Origin: Octopus sinensis
Lineage: Eukaryota
DNA: 64,000 bases
Assembly (NCBI RefSeq): GCF_006345805.1
Contig: NC_043004.1
Span: forward strand, 26,350,001 to 26,414,000
Reading direction: 5' to 3'
Shown here: in pieces, positions 25,753-38,743 of the stretch
Layout: every line of letters starts with the position of its first letter
Position numbering within the stretch: the first letter of the stretch is position 1
The notes under the pieces: model-generated
Told to the model about the DNA's origin: nothing
Seen by the model: only the letters and a program-made list of their open reading frames with translations
Databases searched by the model: none
Translations under genes and position numbers: made by a program

Positions 25753-26469
25753 GTATTATTATGATGTGTGTTATGTGTGTAAGGAAAGAAAGAAAAAGTT
25801 ACTGATTTTGTTAAGGAATATTTCCACAAGCTATACCTGGGGTCCACAGACTCCTGGTGGTCTGTCAACTAAATTCAAAATTTCATATATATATATATAT
25901 ATACATACACATTCACAGAAGGATAAGCATATTAAAAGGGGTCTGTGGAAAATTCATTTAAATAAAAGAATTGGGAACCATTGAGCTATACCTTTATAAA
26001 GCTTTGAGGTTTTTTAACATCTTTATCCCATTGACAGTTTTTGCCTTTTAATTTCTCAATTAAATTTCGTTTTTGGATTTGGAGAGAAAATGACTCTCCC
26101 CAGACACAACAGAATTCTCAATTAAAGTATCATCAAAAACCCCTTGTCAACTATTTGGTCTTGACACATTTCCTGTGTCCTTATGTTTACAAGGAGGAGA
26201 CAAGCACCCCCATCCAGGAGATGTGTCAAGGCCGACAGGAAGCGTTGATACTTCCTAGGGCTAAATAGCGGTGGTGTGATTCCCTTTATGGGACTGTCAC
26301 GTTAAGTTGACAGTATACGACTGCTCTATCGTACCACCACTGCTTATATCTCTCTGAGATATTTAGAAATTTAAAATTAACAAACATTTTCCAAAAAAAG
26401 ATCAAAAGTTGAAGAGGAAGGCAGCAATCATAAATTGCTTTACCTAAAGGAAATTCTATAGTTAAGAGA

Positions 26470-26685
26470 TGAGGAATTATTTACGTTATTTACATTTGAC
26501 GGATATTTGTCCTCATCTTGTTTGTTGTTAACCCAACGTTTCGGGTTAATTCCCCTCCAGCCTTCATCAGGTGTCTTGGGGAAATTTCAAACTTGGGTTC
26601 TCATTCCTAAGGTATATTTCGATGTTACTGCCTGGAATTGGACTCAGAATCTTGGGGTTTGTAGCCCACACTCTTAACCACTACG
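26470..26685 (-). mobile_element. tRNA-headed short element carrying a hammerhead motif (copy 1)
   Basis: Head cgtagtggttaagagt..gagtccaattcc (A/B boxes), then gacac-CTGATGA-A-GGCTG..-GAAACGTT-gggtt at 26575-26530. Confidence 0.75.
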
Positions 26686-26686
26686 T

Positions 26687-26860
26687 AGATTCTGAGTTCG
26701 ATTCCAGGCAGTGACCTGAATAATAATAATAATAATAATGATAATAACCCAGATTCGAAATTTCCCCAAGACACCCGATGAAGGCTGGAGGGAATATCAG
26801 CCGAAACGTGTCAACAACAAACAAGATGAGGACAAATATCCATCAAATGTAAACAATGTA
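26687..26860 (+). mobile_element. tRNA-headed hammerhead element (copy 2, 5'-truncated, inverted relative to copy 1)
   Basis: B box gagttcgattcc, (aat)n, then gacac-CCGATGA-A-GGCTG..CAGCC-GAAAC at 26770-26812. Confidence 0.75.
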
Positions 26861-27049
26861 CTAAAGAAAATTGTTTGATATTTCAATTACTTTTACTCCA
26901 TCATTAACTCATCACATTTTAACCAAAATTTTTATTTTCTTAAAGTAATTCCTCAGTTACTTCCCCTATATTATAATATATTTTGCATTTGTTTCTTCTG
27001 AGCAAATTTATAAACCTTTGTAGTAGCAGTTTTTATCAATTGCAAAAAC

Positions 27050-27870
27050 TCTTAGAAATCGAACTCAGATCGCTTTATCTGAGGGAGGGAGGGAGGAAGG
27101 TCTGTACATACATCGACACGAAATGACCAATTAAGTCTTTCTGATATGTAATCATTCAAGGATTTGTATAGTTCTGGGTGTGGTGTTAGTTGGCAAAAAC
27201 AATACACATTACAAATCCTCGTGCACATCTTCCTGAAAAATACATCACACAAAAACAAGCAATATTGCCTTGTTGTCAACACCAGTAGATTCATCTACCT
27301 GAATTGTGTACCACGGCAACTTATTAATCCTCTCTAACAAGTGTCCCTTGATATCCTCTGCTACTTCATTAATTCGCCTTGTTATGGGTGCTAATCGAAA
27401 GAGGAACGTTTGCAACCGTTTTAGCTGCTTCCTCTCTGAAAAGTTCACTGCAAATGTTCTTAGTAGCAGGCAAAATCAACTCTTCACCAATAGTGAATGG
27501 TTTTTTAGCTTCAGCAATCCAGTCAGCTATTAAGAATGATGCTCTCAGTGCAGAAACATTTGTTGAAGTGGTGCTTTTTTAATAATTGCTTCTGTCCTTC
27601 ATGTTCACATATTTGCTTTCAAAAAATTCCAGTGGCTTGTTTTTAATGCAGAGTGCTTGCTCTCCCTGTGGTGAAATAATTTTGAGGGTTTCATTGGCTT
27701 CATTAGCTAATTGGTCACCACATATTATACAGAATAGTTGTAGAGCATGTGAATCACCTGTTGTGATGAACTCGTATTTTATGTATGACACTTGGTATTT
27801 TCTTTTTGTGTGCACTCTGCAACCCTTCTGGTGTCCCATTGATGGGTCTTTCTCCTATTCAAAGTAATTA
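27050..27870 (-). mobile_element. hAT (Buster/Charlie, ZBED5-like) transposase remnant
   Basis: KRKYQVSYIKYEF, CIICGDQLANE, KPLEFF, KKPFTIGEELILPA, ITRRINEVAEDI, IQVDESTGV. Confidence 0.9.
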
Positions 27871-28963
27871 TTCAGTGACATTTGCTTTTGCGTTATTGTG
27901 CTGAAATTCTTTAAAATCTAAAAATTAATTACGATTAGAAAATTAGTTGATAATTATTACTAATAGATAAAAATATACATTAATTGTAAAATGTACTTAC
28001 AGTTATGATAAATAGTAAGGGTAGATGTAAAATATACATCTATATATTAAAACTCTCTGATTGCTTGCTTGTCTGTCATTTAATACAGTCAAACTGGTGC
28101 ATAATGGGAAAATACTCTGAAAGTAAAGTACTCCTGAAATGTGAATACAAATGGAATAGAACAAGTTTCATGTAAATCGGACTACAGGTTCCCATGATAC
28201 GCGTTTTGGGTGGGTAGGGTTGTTTCCACAAATTTAAGCTGTAAAACCTGGAGTTATTGCCCTTTACTCTGAACACTGGATAGTTTATTGTTGACATAAC
28301 TACAGATGTGTACCCCACTAAATTGTTTGTCTCATAACTTCCAGAAAAATGAATACTTTTTAGCAAAACTTTCAACAAATATTGCTTAGATGTTGAGGAT
28401 TCAGAGTATGTAGGGATTTATGGGAACGAATTTTTTTGAGGGGATAGGAAAATGGATATCTCTTAATGAAATTTGATATAAATACCTTTCAAACAGCATA
28501 GATTACGATTATAAAAAAAATTTGTGGGGAAAATATTTTCTGAGGGGATGGGGAGAGGAGTTTGGGATCAGGAAGACCAAATAAGCTGGAACTACTCCAT
28601 TTTCACAGGGATCTTACCCATGTTTTTATTTCACCAGTCTTCGAGATGATGGGGAACATCTTTATTTGAAAAAAAAGGTTTTGAAAATTTTTGAAATTCC
28701 TCACCATCCCACTCTGGACTGATTTTGGTAAATGATGATGCTGATTTAGCAAGTTGAGTGACCACTGTATGTAAGAATGGGGGGGAATATAGATGCTTCA
28801 TTTGGCTGGAAGATGTGGTTGTTGTGTAGAATCTTTTCTAGTTTTTCATATATACACTTTGTGTTATCTGTATAGTATTGTAATGTTTTAGATCTCAAAG
28901 TCAATGAATGTTCAATGATTAAATGATTGCAGTATTTAATAGTAAACTATTTCTTGTTTACAG

Positions 28964-29025
28964 TTATTACTACTGAAAAGACTAATATTCTGCTGAGGTA
29001 CTTACACCAACATTGGGACAAAAAG
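28964..29025 (+). CDS. DDA1: DDA1 exon 4 ((V)[20 protein letters not shown])
   Basis: tttacag acceptor, 62 nt, gtaatt donor; near-identical to [20 protein letters not shown]. Confidence 0.96.
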
Positions 29026-30329
29026 GTAATTTATCTGGTAACTTTGTTAAACAACTTTTTTTGGCTGGTTCACTGAAATGATACTTCACTCATTCAATCT
29101 TTTTAATATTTCAACAATTAAAATAATTTTTACCCACAAGGAGCAGTTAAAGCAAGACTTAGGAAAACTTAAAACTACCCATTGTCTGTTATACATGTGT
29201 TATAAATATATATGGCAGCTCAGTGTTCAGTTGAGGAACTGAATAATATTCAAGAATGTTTTTTGTTTTGTGTGTCATTTTTTCTGTTTCACTATAAAAT
29301 AACATTCATTAACTGCTTTGATAGTTTTGGAAATGACAAAATTCCTGGTTCAAATTAGTAATTGACCTGACTGAGAAGGTCAGGTATATTCACAGATATT
29401 GGGTTAATGATGAGAAAATAGATGAAAATTAAAAATTAATGAATTTTAGTTTTTTTTAAAAGGATAAACCTACTACTGTCAACAAACTCATCAGTTAGTT
29501 AACCATCTGGCCCCAAATCTAGATGTATATGTACATATTTTTCAGCTTCCTAGTTTCTGCACTAGCAACAACTAATTCTTAAAAAATAAACCTCCATCTG
29601 ATTGTTGTTTGACTTAGTAGAAAAAGCTGCAAAATGTATCTCAAATCATACTCTAATGCCTTAAAAGATAAATGACATATTGGATAATGTAAGTTCTGAA
29701 TGTAGACTGCTTAAGCAAAATGTATTGGATAATGTATTCCTTGATAAACTGAGAAGATTCGATGGTTACTACTGCATGGACTTTTTCATTATAGTTTAGA
29801 GTTTTGTTTAACCTCGTGTAAAGCTGAATATCAATTTCTCTTTCAAAATTGGGTGGGGTTCTTTTTTTTTTTTTTTTTTTTTTTTGCTTTTTTACTATTT
29901 GAGTCTCTAAAATGCTTTTCAGCATAGATTTGTCTATTTAGTAACTTTGTTCTCTACAATATTAAGTTTTATGAGGAATGGTGGTGTCATTGGCACCAAA
30001 CACCTCTCCACCTGAAGACTGTTGTCATTTATTATTATTTTAACTGGATATACTATGTAGTATACATAATGACTGATAATGTTAGCTGCTGTACTTTTAT
30101 TAGGATAATGAAATTTTAAAAATTCATGACTATATGTGGTTCAGTGAATAAGAAGTTGACAGGAATGAGGCTAGATGTCTATCTGAACAACTAAATGTAG
30201 TTTCAATGGTGACTTGGTTTGAATGGTTTCAGTTGTAACATTTAAAGTTATAGCAGAAGATATCTTGTAAGCATTTTGACAATTGATATAAAAGGAAATA
30301 AAAATGCAATATTCCTCCCCAAAAATAGA

Positions 30330-31060
30330 AGTATTTTTAAAGAATCAAAAAATTATCATCTAGATTATGCCTGTTAGATAATAGCTTTTACCATGGCCTC
30401 AAGAAGGCTCTGGAAGTTCTTGGGAAGATCTTTGAACACCTTGATTTTGACCACCAGCTTGGTCTTGGTGTTGCAGAGAGAGTAGTTGGTGTCTTTCTCA
30501 ACCACACTCCACACACAGTAATCCATGGAACTACCATCAGGGGAATAAGGAGGCCTGAAATTGGGACTGGTGAAGTTGTAAAAATTCTGACAACACCCTC
30601 TAATTTTTTCTGACACTATGGCATTGGAACCAAATCCTGATACCATACATATGGCCTTCCAGCAGCTACCCTCTCCAGTTAGAGATTGACCATAGTCTCT
30701 ACCAGTTTCACATAGCTGTCTGAATTGAGCCTGGGGCTCTGTTCAAAGATGTGGAGATGAATTCCTGCATGAAGATGCAGTCAGAATGTCTGCTCTGTCT
30801 GTCTTCTTGCTGGTCTTGGCTTCATAGTCACTGTTGTAGCAGTCCATGTCACATCATACAACTCTTTAAGTGTTCATAGAGCATTGAGTAGCTGTCATGG
30901 TGTCAGCATTTTGATGCCCAGCATGTATTGCGATATGGGTAACTGTTTATAATATTCAGATGGCTTCCAGTTCTCCATTTAACTTTTTTCTCAACTACAA
31001 CATTAGTCTTAATTATGCTCTTCAATGCTGTTGACTGTTCACCAATACATTAAGCTGTTC
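30330..31060 (-). mobile_element. Degenerate maT/Tc1-like transposase
   Basis: RPPYSPDGSSMDYCVWSVVEKDTN is the decayed WPPxSPDxNPxDYxVW motif. Confidence 0.7.
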
Positions 31061-31398
31061 TTGATTAAAAGAAACAAAAAAATTGTCAAATTTAGACTGA
31101 ATACCCTGTATGTTTCCACTAACCTAAGATGAGTTCTCTCTTTTTCAAATTTTTAACTAGTTGTTTTTATCGTCACTTCAACATTGACCATGAAATGAAA
31201 ACCATGGGCTACTGATCTCATGGTCATTGCTGTGCCTCTGATCCTCCTTCACAGTTGAATGTTTAGCAACAGAAACCATCTCAGCCCTGTAAACAAGAAA
31301 ACATTTTATGAAAAATTTTCTACAAAAACCCTTAAATTCTTGCTAACCTTTGGTTTTATCGTAGATCAAACTTTTACTTGAAATATATATGTATTTCT

Positions 31399-31624
31399 TT
31401 ACTACCCACAAGGGGCTAAACACAGAGGGGACAAACAAGGACAGACAAACGGATTAAGTCGATTATATCGACCCCAGTGCGAAACTGGTACTTTATTTAT
31501 CGACCCCGAAAGAATGAAAGGCAAAGTCGACCTCGGCGGAATTTGAACCCAGAACGTAATGGCAGACGAAATACGGCTACGCATTTCGCTCAGCGTGCTA
31601 ACGTTTCTGCCAGCTCGCCGCCTT
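31399..31624 (-). mobile_element. Young tRNA-derived SINE with Tx1-like 3' tail
   Basis: aaggcggcgagctggcagaaacgttagcacgc..ggttcaaattccgcc; CpG-rich; tail gtcccctctgtgtttagccccttgtgggtagtaaagaaat. Confidence 0.9.
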
Positions 31625-31804
31625 TAGTTGAAATATATATGAATTAGCACTGGCATGGCTGTATGGTAAAAAAGTGTGCTTCCCAACCACATGCTTCTGG
31701 ATTCAATCCCACTATGGCACCTTGGGCATGTGCTTTCTACTAGCCTCAGGCTAACCAAAGCCTTGTGAGTGGATTTGTTTGACAGAAACTGAAGGAGATC
31801 CATC

Positions 31805-31835
<31 letters not shown>

Positions 31836-32407
31836 CGTCTTTGTCCTTTACCACTGCTTGACAATCGGTGTTGGTATATCTCTGTAATTCAGTGGTTTGG
31901 AAAAAGAGACTTGTAGAGTAAGTACCAGGCTTTAAAAAATATAAGTTCTGGGGTCAATTTGTTCAACTAAAATTTTTTAAAGCAGTGCCCCAGCATGGCT
32001 GCAGTCTAATGACTGAAGCAAGTAAAAGATAAAAGTATGTAATTTTAAATTCTGTTCCATACCAATTTCTCATAAATTCAAAGTTTACCCCCAAAACAGA
32101 AAATTATACTATATCATATTGACTTCACATAATTATTTTCATAAGCCCAAATTACTGCATTATTACTATTTATTTTTACTTTTTCACCAATACTGTTTAT
32201 TTTTATTATTAAATTATAACTGATTATAAAATAAAAGTCAATCTTTGAGTTAGTGAGTACATCATTCCAAATTTTGATTATTTTCCAAATTAAATTAAGT
32301 ACAATGTATTTCATTAGAAATATTGTAAAGAGTTATGTTTATATTAAAAGTATTATTTATTTGTTTGTTTTTTTATTTTATTTTATTTATTATTTTTTTT
32401 TTTTCAG

Positions 32408-32515
32408 AATTCTAATAAAAAACGAGATTCTTCAAAAGCCAATTTAGAATCTCCTGAAAGCAGTACATCTCAGAAGGTTCCCAGATTAAACAGTTGTGAA
32501 GAAAGTAGCTCTTAG
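32408..32515 (+). CDS. DDA1: DDA1 exon 5 (NSNKKRDSSKANLESPESSTSQKVPRLNSCEESSS*)
   Basis: Long poly-T/cag acceptor, in frame, KKRD and KV.R motifs, TAG at 32513-32515. Total CDS is 306 nt (101 aa). Confidence 0.88.
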   Translation, partial: NSNKKRDSSKANLESPESSTSQKVPRLNSCEESSS

Positions 32516-32541
32516 GGTGTGGCTGGCTATATATATATATA

Positions 32542-32584
<43 letters not shown>

Positions 32585-33034
32585 GTATGTATGAATGTAT
32601 GTATGTATAATGGCTGGTCTGGTCTCATTGTGATGGAACAGCTCAGCTTTTCTGTCTCTTCCCCAGCTGGTAATCGTCTAATGGAGAAGGGTAGGAAATG
32701 GAAATGGAGTGCTTTTGTTGTCAGTTCTCATTCTCCAAACACCACCCATGTAGGATGTTTTTGGTGATACCCTATTCAATTTTATCGCCCCCATTTCTAC
32801 CCAACTAACATTAAAGCAATCTCTGATCAGATAGTTTCTTTCTTAACTTTTTCTACTTCTTTTTTTTTTTTTGCCAGTTCCTTTCTTTTATATTAAAGGA
32901 ACATTTTGGGTGAAGACAGATGGCTAGGTCTAAGTTACTGGGCTGTTCTAAGTGTCACTGTCATTTTCTCTTTACTTTCTTTCATTCACACATTTTCTTG
33001 TCCCTTGCCTTCTTCTTCTGACACTCAACACACC

Positions 33035-33065
<31 letters not shown>

Positions 33066-33172
33066 TGTGTGTATATATGTATTCCTTCGTAAATGACAGT
33101 GACATTGAGGTACTCACTTCACAGTACCCATCCTAAGCTGCTCAGATAATCATGAAATGTGAGAAGAGATGA

Positions 33173-33178
33173 AATAAA
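33173..33178 (+). terminator. Candidate DDA1 polyadenylation signal
   Basis: AATAAA followed by U/GU-rich downstream sequence about 660 nt after the stop codon. Confidence 0.4.
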
Positions 33179-34287
33179 ATTAATTAATTGAAATAATAAT
33201 CTATAAATCTGTTTATTTTTTTACATTTATTTTTCTATGTTTCATCTTTTGTGTTGGGAACACATACATACATTTACATACACACAGACATGCACTCACA
33301 GTTACACTCATGTATATTTATATGTACATGTGATATACTCATAGGTTACAGGTATTTACACCACGAAAATCTGTACTCAGAAATGTAAAATATATGTAAA
33401 GATATAGTCAGCTAGTGATAACACATCTTGATTTGAAGCTTCATTCTCAGTGGGTGAGTGTTTACTGTTTTGCTGTCTTCTAAAATTACAATGTGCAAGC
33501 AATCATTTCTATCAGCAAATCCACAGCTTGCTTTAGAATGTGGAATTAGAGGTCCCTTTCAATTCAGGTTTAGTGACAGGAAGACACCTACCCATAAAAC
33601 AATGCCTGTGTAATTTTTTTTAATCCATGCTAGCCTGGAAAAAAAACTGCAAAAATGAATGACTGAAAAGAAAAGAGGTGTGTGTGTGTGTGTATATATT
33701 TGTAGGCATAGGCAATATTTTGTGGTTAAGAAGCTTGTCTTTGCAACCACATGGTTCTGGGTTCAGTTCCAGCATGAGGCACTTTCTATAGTCTTGGGCC
33801 AACCAATACCTTGTAAGACAAATCTGGTAGGTGGAAACTATAGAAGCCCATTTGTGTGTGTGTGTGTTTGTATTTATCTTCCACTTTACAACCAGTTTTA
33901 GTTTGTTTACATCCCCCATAACTTAAAAATAAGTATTGAACTCAACAACTAAACCCTTCAAGGTGGTGCCCCAGCGTTACTGCAAGTTAATGACTGAAAT
34001 AAGTAAATGATAGATTTTACACACATTAATGTGTGTATGTATTTTACACTTGCATATGTGTGTGGATGTGTAATACACATGTATACTTAAATTTGTGTGT
34101 GTAATATATATGTACACTCACACACATATGCAATTGTATATATCTGCATAGAAATTTGGACATCCTCAGGCTGACCAAAAATTGCAAGTGGATTTAGTAG
34201 AGAGAAACTAGAAGCCTGTAGTTTACACCCACACTCATTCACATTCACATATATGTACACAGATGCAATGCTCACACATGCATATAA

Positions 34288-34321
<34 letters not shown>

Positions 34322-34531
34322 CTATACCCACCCATGTTTTTAATTTCAAATTTCCTTTTCATTTGAATCTCTTGCAATTTTTATTTTGTGATACAAGTCA
34401 ACCATTTTGTCTGTTTGTCAGATGTGGTTGTCCATTGGATAATTTTTCTTCATTTTCCCACATCATTTCTTTGATTTCTGTCATTCACATGAGGACAAAC
34501 CTGCTCTCCAATTTCCTATTATTTCCTTTAA

Positions 34532-35835
34532 TAGGTGGCATTCTGGCAGAATTGTTAGTATGTTCAACAAAATGCTCAGCATTTCTTCCAGTTCTCTATG
34601 TTCTGAGCTCAAATATCATTGATGACAACTTTGCCTTTCATCCTTTCAGAATCAATTAGATAAGTACCAATCAAGTGCTGGGATTGATGATATCACCCCC
34701 CCCCTAAAATTGCCGACCTTGTGCCAAAATTTGGAACCATTATTATTATTAGGGTGGTGAATTGGTAGAACTGCTGGAGTGTTGGGACAATGCCTAGTGG
34801 TATTTTTTCTGCCTCTTCGTGTTCTGGTTTCAAATCCTGCCAAGGTCAGCTTTGCCTTTCATCCCACCAAGCTTGATAAGTGCCAGTCAAGTACTGGTAT
34901 CATTGGTGTCAACCCCCTTCCCCTTAAGATCGCTGGCCTTGTGCCAAAATTTGGACCCATTATGATATTATGCCTTGCAGTATTTTTTCAGGCTCTTACA
35001 TTCTGAGTTCAAATCTCTCCAATAATTTTGCTTCATTCCTCTAGGGCCAATAAAATAAATTACCAGTCAAATACTGGAATTGATCCTAAGTATATGACTG
35101 CTATTTTATTTTTGCACTTTCAAGAAATGAGGGGTGCTATTGAATTGCACCCACCATTCCTCAAAAACTGCTGGCCTTGTGCCTAAATCTAAAACCATTA
35201 TTATTCAGGCCATAGTGGGGAACAGTGGTTGAGCAGTGAAGTAATTTCCGTACAGTATTTATATTTCTCTTGATACATTTTTGGAACAATTGTTAGCAGA
35301 GAAGGTCACTACAAATTCTATTTAGATATTGTTTACTAATTCATCTAATTAAAATGATTATATATGTCTGCCTCTATAAATATTTGCACTTAATGTACCG
35401 ATGAAAGAAATTATTATAATTATTAAGGCAGTGGAGCTGGCAGAATTGTTAAGCATCAGAAAAATGCTTTGCATTACATCCCAATTCATTACATCCCAAG
35501 TTCAAATCCTGTCATGATCAACTATGTCTTTCATCCTTTTGGATAAAATATAGTACCAGTGTCAACTAAACTACTCACCTCAAAATTGCTTGCCTTGTGC
35601 CAAAATTTGAAACAACAGACAATGAGCTGCAGAATTGTTAGTGCATCAGACAAAATTCTTAGTAGCATTTCTTCTGATTATTTACATTCTGAGCTCAAAT
35701 ACTGCCATGGTCAAATTTGCTTTTCATCTTTTTGAGGTCAATAAAATAAGTACCAGCCAAGAACTATGGTTAAAGTAATCAACTATTCCCTTCCCACTGA
35801 AACTACTGGCCTTGTGCTAAAATTGGAAACCATTA
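34532..35835 (+). mobile_element. Cluster of 5 old same-orientation SINE copies (ggcagaattgttag family, ccttgtgccaaaatttg tail)
   Basis: Copies at about 34532, 34751, 34971, 35425 and 35620. Confidence 0.75.
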
Positions 35836-36506
35836 TAATTATTTTGATTTCTTCTCTAAAACAAAATGCTATTATGTTAGAAAAAACATTTAGTGAAAAT
35901 AAAAATAGGTAAATAATACATTAAAAAATGATCCAAGAAATGTAGCTACAACCCAAAAGAGAACCTGTTTTAATTTCATTCCAAACATTTTACTGTTCTA
36001 TCAACAGGAATTTCATTCCCAACCACAATTTTTACTCCCTGACTATTCCATTCCAAGTTTTTGGTGTTTTATGCAAGGGATAATTATTGTGTGTGCATGT
36101 GTGATAGAGTATTTCCCTACCATCATACAATATTGGCAGCGTTTGTCTAGACTCTATTTTCTGTGGTTATTGGGATTACTAAACCAAGTGTTTGTAATCT
36201 TATCACACACATGCACACTAGATTCAATGCTTCCACTTTACTTGTATATCAAGCTCTTAAATTTCTGCAAAATAAAAGAAAGCAGTGTGTGTGTGTGTGT
36301 GTGTGTGTAAGAGTTTCCTCAACTGTACTATGCAATGGAATCCTCAGCCTCACTTGAAGATCTGAATTCCCTAGGAGGTTTTTTATTCTATTTGAAGGCC
36401 CTACTGAGAAGAGATGGTTGTGCAAGCGAGTGTGCCTGTTGAGGTTTTTGGTAGTGTCCGAAGGGAAACAACTCCCAAGTACTAGATTATTTTCTTTGTG
36501 TGTGTG

Positions 36507-36551
<45 letters not shown>

Positions 36552-37058
36552 GCACACACTCAGAAAATAATTACACATCTTGTTTTTGAATTTATTTTTT
36601 TTTTAGAAAAATCTTTTGAGACATTGTTTTATTATTCCTGTGTTAAGATTTGATAAATTTGTATGAAGAAGAGGGAGAAGCTACTGCTGCTGTATGTGTG
36701 CTTGGCTGGTTAAACAGTGGCTGAAAAATAGATTTTTAACAGACACTCCAAATTAGGATACAAATATTTAATGTATTTTTAGAGCTAATTTTTTTTTTTG
36801 GATGCATCTTATAACACACATTAATCTACTAAATATACTGAATGATTTGGAAAAACAAAATCTTGATATCTGGGCTTGGCTCTGATGGCCAGTAGTACAC
36901 TGATGCTGGTCTGACTTCACTTGCTGCAACCATGACTTACAGTAAAATAAAATATTGAATGTTTCTAACCTTTATTCACTGTTTTGTTTTGCTTTTTTTT
37001 TGCCTTTTTTTGCTTCCTCTTTGTGCCTTCCTTGCTCTTGTTCACAATCAACAATGAT

Positions 37059-37099
<41 letters not shown>

Positions 37100-37539
37100 T
37101 TAACATTCCCAAGAGGGGTGACAGTGACTCTGAAGCTTTGGACTGCTAGGCTTTGTCAGACAGTAGATAAAGTTAAGAGGTTGAAAGTTTGACGTTACTA
37201 TCACTATCCTGTAAATTTTACTATACATATACTCTGCTCAAAAGTATTGAGTAATTCTCCAGTTTACTTTTAAATTGTTTTATTATATGACATCAAAATA
37301 AAGCGTTTGGTATATTATATAATAGTTAGCTGGGGAACCACATTCATTGCTTGTAGCTGCCTGACATCATCCACAGTACTTTTACAATTGTCAATCTATC
37401 TACTTCAGGAATTCCTCAATGTTCAAGTATGCAGCAAGTGATATACAGAAAATAGAAAATGCGAGAAAATTTATTGCTCTCAGCAATTATTTTAACCCAT
37501 GGGTAGAAAGAATCAGTACGAGCAATAAAGTTTGTTGTA

Positions 37540-38059
37540 CCGTAAATCCTCAAGTATAATCTGCATTTTCCCCCAAAATTTAAGGGTCAAAATTCTTAGT
37601 GCATACTATATACAAGGTTAAAAATGAAAAAATTTTCTAAGCAAAGTCCGAGTCTCTATTTGCTGTCCGGCAATGTTTATTCAGATGCATTTTGTGATGT
37701 CAGGCATGAAAATACCTTAAGCTAAGCCTGAAAGCAATGAAGTCATAAAAGAATCATCCATAACTTGCAGTAAGCAACATTTATTAAAATAAAAGTATTC
37801 AGAACACAGAATAATATGTAACAAAAACAATTTGCAAACATATTTACATTCCCATATAACAGTTAAGAACATCACCATTATTATGTTATGCATGCGCAGA
37901 TATGTTTGTTCAACTAGGTGCTGCTGGCTTAATTACGCACTACTCAAGCTAGAGAAGGGGTGCGTATTATACACAAGGTTTAGGTTTATCAGAAGTACAG
38001 CCCCCTAAAAATCCCCTGCGTATTATACTCAAGGGCAGACTATACTCGAGGATTTGTGG
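37540..38059. mobile_element. Tc2/pogo-type MITE
   Basis: TA duplication; TIRs ccgtaaatcctcaagtata / tatactcgaggatttgtgg; 520 bp. Confidence 0.8.
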
Positions 38060-38112
38060 TATATTCCAATTTCTATGTCTATTGTGTATGTATATATATA
38101 TATATGTGTGTA

Positions 38113-38143
<31 letters not shown>

Positions 38144-38743
38144 GTGTATATATATATATATATATGTATGCATATGTATATATGTGTGTGTATATGTATA
38201 TATGGGAAATGTGTGTATAGATAAATATATGTATGTATGTATATATCAATAATAACAAATGGTAAAATTAATTAATTTGTAGTAATCAATAATTTCACCA
38301 AGTAGAATTCGGCATGAAAAAGGACCATTTCACAGTAAACTTAAGTAATACTTTATAATTAGGGTTCAGCAAAGATTTGTTTTACCACATACCGAAGTAT
38401 AGAAGTAGCCAAAAAACCTTAGCTATCTCCTCTACTTTAAAAAGGGACTCCCAGAAAAAACAGAGTACTTGAAAACAATTAAAAATATTAAATTCGAAGG
38501 CACTGGAAGAATTGAACATATCTCTCCAACTAACAGTATCAGACAGATCATATTCAATTGCCAAATTTAAAAATACACGAATGAGGTTCATCATCTTCCC
38601 CTGGTCACCCGCGTGTGTTGTCAAGTAAAAGACTACAGAAAAAATCTGGAGCTTATTATCAGGGAGAAAATTATATTATCAATAATAACAAATGGTAAAA
38701 TGCCTTCGAATTTAATATTTTTAATATTTAATATTGTTGAAGT

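Noticed and set aside
36640-36960. Exon-like LINLYEEEGEATAAVCVLGWLNSG* and a possible C/D-box snoRNA near 36870-36935
   Set aside because: No recognisable homology or supporting neighbouring exons; no proper RUGAUGA box or terminal stem.
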